Shown here piece after piece: positions 56,326 to 64,000 of a DNA stretch of 64,000 nt. The position numbers were made by a program, and so were the translations under genes. Position 1 is the stretch's first letter. Each line of letters begins with the position of its first letter. The notes under the pieces are model-generated. The model was not told where the DNA came from, made no database searches, and worked only from the letters and a program-made list of their open reading frames with translations. The stretch is from an uncultured Bifidobacteriaceae bacterium (GTDB lineage: Bacteria > Actinomycetota > Thermoleophilia > Miltoncostaeales > Miltoncostaeaceae), in contig CAYMSM010000036.1 of NCBI GenBank assembly GCA_964393105.1, positions 29,589-93,588 on the forward strand, read 5' to 3'.

Positions 56326-56712
56326 ATGCCCAGGATCAAAGCCCTCATCGACCCGGACACCGCGTGTCGGCGATGCCCGGTGCGCTGCGACAAGATCGTG
56401 TTCCCGACCGGGTGCCTCGAGTCCGCCTGCGCGCGCCTCTACGCCTACCAGGAGGGGGACCGCACGTTCGTGGGCTGTCTGGACCGGGTCTTCGGCGTCG
56501 AGCTCGACCTCGACGCATTCCACCGCATCGAGGCGATGTCCGCGGGATTCGGGGCGCTGCGGGCCAACCGTGAGCCACACGCGTACTGCCGAACCGACGT
56601 GGATGCCGCATATGAGCATCGCGCGGCCGGTGCGTGCGTCAACCCCGACTTCCTGCTCTCTGCGACGCGCCACCCCCTGAAGGTCACCGAGCGGGACGGC
56701 CGTACCGCGTAG
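56326..56712 (+). CDS. hypothetical Cys-rich protein
   Basis: 128 aa with N-terminal CRRCPVRC...C...C spacing. No family recognised. Confidence 0.5.
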   Translation: MPRIKALIDPDTACRRCPVRCDKIVFPTGCLESACARLYAYQEGDRTFVGCLDRVFGVELDLDAFHRIEAMSAGFGALRANREPHAYCRTDVDAAYEHRAAGACVNPDFLLSATRHPLKVTERDGRTA

Positions 56713-56747
56713 GCGGGGGCGTCGGAGCCCATCGCTAGCTTCTGGGA

Positions 56748-57992
56748 ATGGCTGTCGCGACTCGTCAACCGACCGTGCTCTCCGACCAGGCGTTGCGGCG
56801 CTATTGCGATGCGATCGTTCGCTCGTGCGTGGCGCTGCGTGCCGGTGAGACACTGCTCATCGACTGCGAGCCTGCCCACCGTGAGCTTGCGATCGCGCTC
56901 GCCAGTGCGGCGTACGCCGCCGGGGCTGAGATCGTCGACGTCGTCTACACGGATCGCCGCGTTCAGCGGGCCCGGATCGCAGACGGCCCCGCAGCGGCGC
57001 TCGGGCAGGTGCCGTCGTGGCACGAGGCGCGCCTGCGCGCTGCGATCGATTCCAGGGTCGCGATCCTCCGGATCGTCGGTGACGAGGACCCCGGAATCCT
57101 CGCCGGTCTGGACACCGCGCGCGTCGCGACGGATTTCCAGGAGCGGTCACGAACGCTGCGGTGGTTTCAGAAGGCCGTCATCTCGGGCCGTGTGCGGTGG
57201 AGCATCGTCGCGTGGCCGACGCCGGCATGGGCCAAGCGGATCTACCCGGAGCTCAGTCCTCGCGCGGCGGTCCAGAAGCTTGGCGAGGACCTGATCTGGT
57301 TCTGCCGTCTCACTCCCGAGGACGGCCCCGACGGCTGGGCCCGCCACGCCAAGCGGCTCAACCGACGCGCATCGGGCCTCACCAAACGACGGCTCGCCCG
57401 ACTCGAGTTCCGCGGGCCGGGGACGCACCTCGACGTGGCGCTCGTCCCCGACACGCGCTGGCTCGGCGGCGGTGAGCGCACGACGAGCGGCCGGACGGTG
57501 TACCCGAACTTCCCGACCGAGGAGGTCTTCACCAGCCCGGATCCTCGGGGCACGACCGGCACGTTTCGCTGCACGACGCCGCTGTCGTTCAGCGGTCGGG
57601 TCATCGAGGCGATCACCGGCGAGTTCCGTGGGGGCCGCCTGATCGACATCGCCGCAAAGCGCCCCGTCGACGGTGAGCTCCTTGCCGCGACGTTCAAGAC
57701 CGATCGGGGCGCCGGGCGACTGGGCGAGGTCGCGCTGGTCGACCGAAGCTCACGGATCGGGCAGGCGGGGCGCATCTACGGCGACACCCTCCTGGACGAG
57801 AACGCCGCAGCCCACATCGCGTTCGGCGATGGATTCGGCGCAACTCGCTCGGCGAAGGGGCAGATCAACCGCTCCGCCGTGCACCTGGATGTGATGATCG
57901 GATCCGACGAGGTCGAGGTCACGGGCGTCGGCACGCGCGGTCGCCGCCTCCCGCTCATCGTCGGCGGTGAGTGGCAGCTCCCGGACGACTGA
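56748..57992 (+). CDS. M29 family aminopeptidase (AmpS/PepS-like)
   Basis: NFPTEEVFTSP, GEVALV and DENAAAHIAFG motifs. Confidence 0.85.
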   Translation: MAVATRQPTVLSDQALRRYCDAIVRSCVALRAGETLLIDCEPAHRELAIALASAAYAAGAEIVDVVYTDRRVQRARIADGPAAALGQVPSWHEARLRAAIDSRVAILRIVGDEDPGILAGLDTARVATDFQERSRTLRWFQKAVISGRVRWSIVAWPTPAWAKRIYPELSPRAAVQKLGEDLIWFCRLTPEDGPDGWARHAKRLNRRASGLTKRRLARLEFRGPGTHLDVALVPDTRWLGGGERTTSGRTVYPNFPTEEVFTSPDPRGTTGTFRCTTPLSFSGRVIEAITGEFRGGRLIDIAAKRPVDGELLAATFKTDRGAGRLGEVALVDRSSRIGQAGRIYGDTLLDENAAAHIAFGDGFGATRSAKGQINRSAVHLDVMIGSDEVEVTGVGTRGRRLPLIVGGEWQLPDD

Positions 57993-58085
57993 CGAGGGCC
58001 GCGCGCATGGGTTCCGCCGCCAGCACGGTCACGTCCTTGTGCTGAGAGGAGGCAGCAGCAGGCAGCAGCAGCAGCTTGATGAGCT

Positions 58086-58707
58086 GTGACGGCGTGCCAG
58101 ACGCCACCACCGGTTGTGGCACTGCTGATCGAAGGTCGTGGAATGCGCCTCGCGCGCGTGCAAACCCATGGGGGGAATCAAAGTGCCAGAGGGGGTGCAG
58201 TCCGACCGTCTTGGCACCATGCGGCGCATGGTCATCGGCTACGCGCGCATCTCCGGACGGTCAAGGCGCGCCTTGCCTCCTCCCGCGCCCGCGAGCGTGT
58301 ACGAACTCACGGAGACGGGTCGCGCGCTCGAGGAGTCGATCCTGGCGTTGATCCGATGGGGCGGACGATTCCTGCCGGCCGCGCCCGCGACCAACGTGTT
58401 CCGAGGCGAGTGGCTCGCCCTGGCGCTCAAGGCCGTTCTTGTCCCCGACGAACCGGACCTCTCGCTCGGGATGCGCGTCGAAACGGACGAGCAGGTGGTT
58501 TGGGTGCGTATCGACGAGGGTCGGGTCACGGCCGGCACTGGAGAGCCCCCAAGTGCACAAATCACCGTCCGGGGCGACCCGCGTCTGCTTCTCGGCCTCG
58601 CGGCCGGCGTCGTTCCGCTCGACGAGGCGGAGGGACGCGGGCTCGAGATCGAGGGTTCTGCGCGCGCTCGACGGACACTCGAACGCCTGGTGACAGGAGC
58701 GGCCTGA
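58086..58707 (+). pseudogene. winged-helix (HxlR/ArsR-like) plus SCP2-like regulator, split by a frameshift in a G6 run
   Basis: Frame 0 reads MTACQTPPPVVALLIEGRGMRLARVQTHGG up to 58175. Frame +1 continues IKVPEGVQSDRLGTMRRMV...VYELTETGRALEESILALIRWG plus the SCP2-like tail. Confidence 0.45.
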
Positions 58708-58778
58708 CGCCGCTCCCGTCACAACGGACGTAACCGCGGTTTGTGTGCGATCGGATCAGGCGTCTTGCTCGATCTCAC

Positions 58779-60176
58779 CTATCGGTCGAGCCGGAACGGC
58801 GGGTACTCGTCGCGCATGAGCGTCGCGTAGGCGATCACCCTGTAGACCCAGCGGTTCATTCCGAGGACCAGGTCGAACAGGCTGCGGGGGTAGCGTCCGG
58901 TGACGAGCAGGGCGATGGCGGCGAAGAGGACCAGGACGCCGATCAGGCCCCCGCCGGCCGGGGTCCAGGCCCACCCCCACCAGCGCTCACCCCAGGCCGA
59001 GCCGTACGTCCAGTTTCCCGCGAGGATCGCGACGACGATGTAGTGCGGGATGGCCAAGAGCCACCACTTCACGAGCACAAGGCCACGGGAGAGATGCTCC
59101 GGATAGGGCACCTCGATGTCGGCCGGGTAGTCGGTCTTCGCGAGCGTGAACGGCGGGTACTGGTCGGTCGCGAGCGCGCTGTACGAATAGAAGGCCACCC
59201 GCCAGCTCCAGCGCAGCACGCCGGCATTGAAGTCGAACAGCCCCCGTGGGTACCGTCCGGTGAACAGGATCGCGAAGAACGCGATCACGGTCACCACGGA
59301 GTAGGCGATCCAGAGGAAGATCAGGACGATGTAGTGCGGGATCGCGAGGAGCCACTTCACAAGCCATTGCCAGCGGCTGAGTCCCGGGTCGAGTTCGCCT
59401 GTCAGGTCGACCGGGTAGGTTGCCGTCGAGAGTGGGCCGGTCGAGCTCTCGGGGGACGCCGTGGGCGCCGCTGCGGGGGCGGTGTCGTCCGCGGCGAGTT
59501 CGCCATGTGGAGGCCCGCCGCGCCTGCGCCCGCCGAAGACGATCATCAGGATCCCGCCTCCAAGGAGGAGGATCCCGCCGACCAGGAGGCCGACGGCCAC
59601 TGTCACGGCGTGCGCGATCTTGACCCCGAGGGACGCGTCGAGCGCGACCCCCTCCGAGCCGTCGGGGTTCATCGCCACGATCTGCCAATTGCCGTCCGCC
59701 AAGTCCCACGTCAGCGTCAGCGGGTCGCTCCCTTGGACCTGGGCGACCCAGAAGCCTTGAGCGTCGGGAGGCGCCGGAGTCCGGGTGCCCGGCCTCGGCT
59801 CGTAGGTGGCCGCGAACGGGTCGACGTCGACGTCTGTCAGCTCGGCATGCTGCACTCCCGAGAGATAGCGCTGGACGTCGTCCCGCGAGGCGATACCGAC
59901 GAAGACCGGCCGGCCGGCGGCGCCGGTCGCGCGGATTCGAACCTCGCCCCAGCGACCGCTCCCACCGGGCAGGTCCCCCAAGTCGAGGTTCTCTGAGGCG
60001 ATCGCCCTGCCGTCGCTGACGTAGGTCGCGGTGCGACTCGTGAAGTACCCGTCGTCGTCCCTCAGCGTCTGGTTTGCCCACAGGAGCGCCCCGCCGCCGG
60101 CGAGGAGCGCCAAGCCGATCAGGCCGACGATGGTGCCGACGATGATCAGCACGTAGTTGCGGGGCGACGTTGTCAT
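58779..60176 (-). CDS. membrane protein with two DUF4389-like modules
   Basis: AGGAGG Shine-Dalgarno before ATG 60176. Duplicated LAIPHYIV...FFAILFTGRYPRGLFDF / LAIPHYIV...LLVTGRYPRSLFDL modules. Confidence 0.75.
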   Translation of the reverse strand: MTTSPRNYVLIIVGTIVGLIGLALLAGGGALLWANQTLRDDDGYFTSRTATYVSDGRAIASENLDLGDLPGGSGRWGEVRIRATGAAGRPVFVGIASRDDVQRYLSGVQHAELTDVDVDPFAATYEPRPGTRTPAPPDAQGFWVAQVQGSDPLTLTWDLADGNWQIVAMNPDGSEGVALDASLGVKIAHAVTVAVGLLVGGILLLGGGILMIVFGGRRRGGPPHGELAADDTAPAAAPTASPESSTGPLSTATYPVDLTGELDPGLSRWQWLVKWLLAIPHYIVLIFLWIAYSVVTVIAFFAILFTGRYPRGLFDFNAGVLRWSWRVAFYSYSALATDQYPPFTLAKTDYPADIEVPYPEHLSRGLVLVKWWLLAIPHYIVVAILAGNWTYGSAWGERWWGWAWTPAGGGLIGVLVLFAAIALLVTGRYPRSLFDLVLGMNRWVYRVIAYATLMRDEYPPFRLDR

Positions 60177-60354
60177 CGTGTCCTCCTGTACACCCGCGTC
60201 AGCCTGAGCCCAGCGAGCGACGGTCGAGATCCACAATCGAACCTACGCCTCGTGCAGCGGAATTGCATCGGCCCCAGCGCCCGAGCCAGACCTACACCAC
60301 AGGTCGTACGGGAGTCCGCGCAAGATCAACCAAATCTCCTGGCGGTCTTGTCGT

Positions 60355-61263
60355 TCATATGCGCAGGATGACCTCGTCGAGCCACGTCATGCAACGTTCG
60401 ACGGCAAGCTGTTCACGACCGCTGAACACATGGTTTGCGTAGGGCACCGACTCCAGCCGCACATCGGGCACGCCCGCTGCTCGGGCGAGAGCTGCAAGCT
60501 CCTCCCCGTCGCTCGAGGGCACGATCATGTCGTCTCCCGCTTGGATCAACGCGAGTGGCACCCCGACCTGGCCGACCCATTCCCTGGAGATCGCGTGACG
60601 CGCCTCCGGTCCGCGCGAGTGCCACCACGTGCGATACGTCCAGATCTCCGCGTGCACCGGCTCGGAGGTGGGTCCAGACGCCCGCTCCACGATGAAGATC
60701 TCGTCGGCGTCGTCGTCTGAGCCGGACGCCTCCACAATCGCCCGCGCGCGCCGGGCGACGCGCTCATAGTCGGGATCCGCTCCAAACCGCTCCCACCGAC
60801 GGCGGAGCGATGCCGGGAGTGACAACGGGTGGGCCAACGTGCAAAGGCCGACAACCTCATCGCGGTGGTACTGCGCCTGAAAGGCGGTCACCATCGTTGC
60901 GCCCAGGCTGTAGCCCAGGAGCACGAGACGATGGTGACCCATGCGCCGTGCAAGACCAATCCACGCGTCGAGGTCGAGGGGAGTTCGATGCATCAGGCCA
61001 TCTCCGAAGAACACGCCGAAGTTGGCCATCCGAGTGTTGACCGACAAGACCGTGAAGCCGGCCTGGGCCAAGCCGTGCGACACCCGACGGGGCACGCCGG
61101 TGATGTAGTTGCCGACCGAACCGTGAACCACGATCACCCCGAGTCGCCGCCGAGCAGGATCGCCGCCTCGGCGTGGAACCAGGACAAGCCCATCCCACGT
61201 GTGACCGTCCTCTGTGTCGACCGTCACAGGGTCCAGGCGCAGCCCACGGTCGTCGGCCGGCAT
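60355..61263 (-). CDS. alpha/beta hydrolase
   Basis: Nucleophile elbow GYSLG. Paralogous to the neighbouring gene (RTWWHSRGP). Confidence 0.75.
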   Translation of the reverse strand: MPADDRGLRLDPVTVDTEDGHTWDGLVLVPRRGGDPARRRLGVIVVHGSVGNYITGVPRRVSHGLAQAGFTVLSVNTRMANFGVFFGDGLMHRTPLDLDAWIGLARRMGHHRLVLLGYSLGATMVTAFQAQYHRDEVVGLCTLAHPLSLPASLRRRWERFGADPDYERVARRARAIVEASGSDDDADEIFIVERASGPTSEPVHAEIWTYRTWWHSRGPEARHAISREWVGQVGVPLALIQAGDDMIVPSSDGEELAALARAAGVPDVRLESVPYANHVFSGREQLAVERCMTWLDEVILRI

Positions 61264-61292
61264 GATGCGCCGACGGCCGTGACGTGGGTGGC

Positions 61293-62189
61293 TCACACCC
61301 ATCGGTTGAGCCAGCCGATCACGGTTTCGGTGACCTCGAACTCCCGACCGCGGAAGAAATGGTCCGTCCCGTCGATCCACGCGATCTCGACGTTCGAGTT
61401 GCCGGCCGCGCGCGCGACGTGGGCGAGGCGTGTCGCCTCCTCGGGCGAGACGACGGTGTCGGTGGTCCCCTGCACGAGCAGGATCGGGGCTGCCACCTGA
61501 CCGATCTGGTGGAAGGTCATCGCGCCAACGGCGTTGGGACCGCGAGTGTGCCACCACGTGCGCCAGGTGTAGACCTCGCTGTCCTTCGGGCCCCGCGTGG
61601 GCCCACGGCTCTGGGCGATCGTAAAGAGACGGTCGGGCACTCGGGCATCCGGGTCGCCCGCGACGTGGCGCCGGACAACTGCCGCGACCTCGTCGTAGGA
61701 GGGATCGGAACCCCATTGCCGGCACCGCTGCTGGGCTGCTTGCGGAAGGCCCCACGGTGCCCCGTAGAGGACAAGGGCCTTGAGATTGGCCGGCTGCCGG
61801 CTCGCCGCGAAACGCACTGCCACGGTGGCGCCGCTCGAGTAGCCGCTCAGGATCACGTCGTCATAACCGGCGTCCGTGAGCCACGCAACCGCAGCGTCGA
61901 GGTCGAGGAGCGCCTCGTCGAGGATGGCGGCACCAAAGAGCTGACCAACGTTGCCCATTCGCGTCTCGACGACCAGCATCGGCAGTCCCACTCGGGCATA
62001 CGGGGCGGGGAGGAAGCGCAGGGTGCCGACGAGGAAGTTCCCCATGATCCCATGGACATGAATCTGCGCCGTCCGCCTGCCGGTACGCCGTGCTCGGACG
62101 CGTGTCGCACGATCCGAGCTGTGGAACAGCGCGTCGTGTGACTCACCGTCGAACGCGTTGAGGGTGACGAACTCACGCTGAAGCCCCAT
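61293..62189 (-). CDS. alpha/beta hydrolase (tandem paralogue)
   Basis: Nucleophile elbow GYSSG. RTWWHTRGP. Same length class as the neighbour. Confidence 0.75.
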   Translation of the reverse strand: MGLQREFVTLNAFDGESHDALFHSSDRATRVRARRTGRRTAQIHVHGIMGNFLVGTLRFLPAPYARVGLPMLVVETRMGNVGQLFGAAILDEALLDLDAAVAWLTDAGYDDVILSGYSSGATVAVRFAASRQPANLKALVLYGAPWGLPQAAQQRCRQWGSDPSYDEVAAVVRRHVAGDPDARVPDRLFTIAQSRGPTRGPKDSEVYTWRTWWHTRGPNAVGAMTFHQIGQVAAPILLVQGTTDTVVSPEEATRLAHVARAAGNSNVEIAWIDGTDHFFRGREFEVTETVIGWLNRWV

Positions 62190-62360
62190 ACCCGTGAACG
62201 TACCTCGCAGGCAGAACACGTGCGACACAGTCGGCGGCACGCGCAAGGGTCGGCCAGATGATGACGCGTACCCGATCGATCCCGGACGGGGGTGGGGGAG
62301 AGGTCTCACTGGTCGAGCCTTGGCGCGGACGAGATGCTCGTCGGGGCGCCGATCACACGG

Positions 62361-63866
62361 TCAGTCGCCGCCACCGTTCGCGGCCAATCGCTCGATGCGC
62401 CGGACGAAGGGAGCGGCGCTGAACTGTTGCCCGGTGGCCTTCTCCATCAGCACGCCCGTGGGGTAGCGGCTGCCCGCCTCGTGGACCCGGGTGCGCATGA
62501 ACTCCAAGACCACGTCGAGCCGTCCGGCGCGGACCAGATCGTCGAGTGGGCCCTCGGTCGCTTCGAGCGCGTCAGCGAGCTGGGCCGCGTAGATGTTGCC
62601 GAGGGTGTAGGTGGGGAAGTAGCCGAACATGCCCCAGGCCCAGTGGATGTCCTGCATGCATCCCTCGGTGTCACTTGCGGGTGTGACGTGCAGCAGGCGT
62701 TCGCTTGCGGCACGCCATGCCTCGGGCAGATCGGCGACCGGCAGCGAGCCGCGAATCAGCGCGAGCTCCAGTTCGAATCGCAGGATGATGTGCAGGTCGT
62801 AGGTGACCTCATCCGCATCGACGCGGCACCAGTCGCGCCGCACGCGCGTGACAGCGCGCACCATGTCCTGCGGCCCCACTCCGTCCATGCTCGGGCCGAA
62901 CCGTGCGACGAGGGTCGGGTGCAGATGCTCCCAGAAGGCGAGTCGCCTACCCAGATGATTCTCGAAGAAGCGTGATTGAGATTCGTCTGCGCCGAGTGAG
63001 GGCGACGCATACAGCGAGGTCCGCTCGTATGGCGCGGGGAGTCCCTGTGCGTAGAGCGCGTGACCCGCTTCGTGCAGCGTCACCAGGATGTTCGTCGACG
63101 GATCGTCATGGGTGATCCGGGTGGTGAACCGCACGTCGCCTCGGTGCGGTGTGTCCGTAAACGGGTGCGCAGACAACGCGATGAGGCCGCCGTCCATGTC
63201 GAACCCGACCATCCGGGCGACGTCCTCGGCCACGGCGAGTTGCGCCGCCCGTGGCCACGTGCGGCCATTGAACGGTGCCGCAGCCGGTGCAGGCTCGGCG
63301 TCCTCGACGATCGCGGCCAGCCTGGGGCCGAGGTCGGCGAACAGCGCCGCGATCTCGGCGGTCGTGGCGCCCCGCTCATAGTCGTCGATCAAGCCGTCGT
63401 AAGGCTCGTCGCCGATTTCAACGGCCTCACCGATCTCACGAGTCAGGGCGACCACCCGCGTCAACACGGGCGCGAACGTCACGAAATTGCCGCTCTCGCG
63501 GCAGGCAAGCCATTCGGTCAGCCCTGCGGACACCGCCTCGCCGTGGGCTCGAACCAGGGCCTCGGGGATGCGTGTCGCACGGTCCCGCTCGTGCCGGGCC
63601 AGCGTGATCATCGCGCGTTCGGCTTCGGAGGGGTCGCCCTGAGCCTCGATCAGGGCCATGTCGTCGTCCACGCCGTCGCGAAGCGTCTCGCGGTGGCGCA
63701 CGGCGCGAAGCGTGCCGACCTGCTGTCCTCGTGCCGCCGCTCCCTTGGCGGGCATCAGGGTCTCGCGATCCCAGTCGAGCAGGCGCGACGCGCCGCGCAG
63801 GTCGTACAGCGTCGCCATCCATTCGCCGAAGCGATCCCGGGCACTCGTGAGGGGGCTCGATTCCAC
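62361..63866 (-). CDS. M32 family carboxypeptidase (Taq-like)
   Basis: HEAGHALY zinc motif, HPF, DESQSRFFEN and IRVDADEVTY-like motifs. GGAGGGA Shine-Dalgarno before GTG 63866. Confidence 0.9.
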   Translation of the reverse strand: MESSPLTSARDRFGEWMATLYDLRGASRLLDWDRETLMPAKGAAARGQQVGTLRAVRHRETLRDGVDDDMALIEAQGDPSEAERAMITLARHERDRATRIPEALVRAHGEAVSAGLTEWLACRESGNFVTFAPVLTRVVALTREIGEAVEIGDEPYDGLIDDYERGATTAEIAALFADLGPRLAAIVEDAEPAPAAAPFNGRTWPRAAQLAVAEDVARMVGFDMDGGLIALSAHPFTDTPHRGDVRFTTRITHDDPSTNILVTLHEAGHALYAQGLPAPYERTSLYASPSLGADESQSRFFENHLGRRLAFWEHLHPTLVARFGPSMDGVGPQDMVRAVTRVRRDWCRVDADEVTYDLHIILRFELELALIRGSLPVADLPEAWRAASERLLHVTPASDTEGCMQDIHWAWGMFGYFPTYTLGNIYAAQLADALEATEGPLDDLVRAGRLDVVLEFMRTRVHEAGSRYPTGVLMEKATGQQFSAAPFVRRIERLAANGGGD

Positions 63867-64000
63867 TCCCTCCGATGATACGGGTGCGCCGCAGGGCACC
63901 CAGCGATGGCAGTCGCAGGGAGGAGAGATTGGGAATGGCAGAAGGGACAACGTCCTCGAGAGCGGGTCCGACTTGTGACCTGCCGTGGCGGGCCGGCCAC

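Overview
High-GC, Actinomycetota-like chromosomal core segment. It is densely packed with housekeeping operons, and many neighbouring genes share 1-4 nt start/stop overlaps (GTGA, ATGA, TTGA). Gene order: thiolase plus an ECF-type transporter module; a frameshifted lipoprotein gene; a mazF/RHH toxin-antitoxin pair; an MFS transporter; an M20 peptidase; an overlapping envelope-sugar operon (LCP, intein-containing ugd, nucleotidyltransferase, PGI/PMI, eIF-2B-like isomerase); an MBL hydrolase; a Ca2+/H+ antiporter; comF-hpf-secA-prfB (+1 frameshift)-ftsE-ftsX-S41 peptidase-RNase R-smpB-ridA; lutABC with an IS1380-like element just upstream; tmRNA; infC-rpmI-rplT-trmH; an MMPL transporter; a DUF11 surface protein; pheST-argCJB, then argG; dnaE; M29 and M32 peptidases; a tandem alpha/beta-hydrolase pair. 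I found no rRNA, tRNA or CRISPR array. I see no convincing multi-gene defence-type system. The observations most worth follow-up are: (1) a 480-aa LAGLIDADG intein sitting exactly on the catalytic Cys of UDP-glucose dehydrogenase; (2) a tmRNA with canonical pseudoknots and tag ORF but a non-canonical T-loop; (3) a 245-nt element with a long closing stem between the IS and ssrA, and a related 168-nt quasi-palindrome inside the arg cluster; (4) a tandem 97-bp repeat bracketed by twin perfect hairpins after ftsX; (5) two short sequence families repeated in several intergenic gaps; (6) an arg cluster that lacks argD/argF/argR/argH and carries foreign inserts. Everything was read by eye from the sequence and the ORF track. 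RNA ends, start codons and family names are best estimates, not search results.
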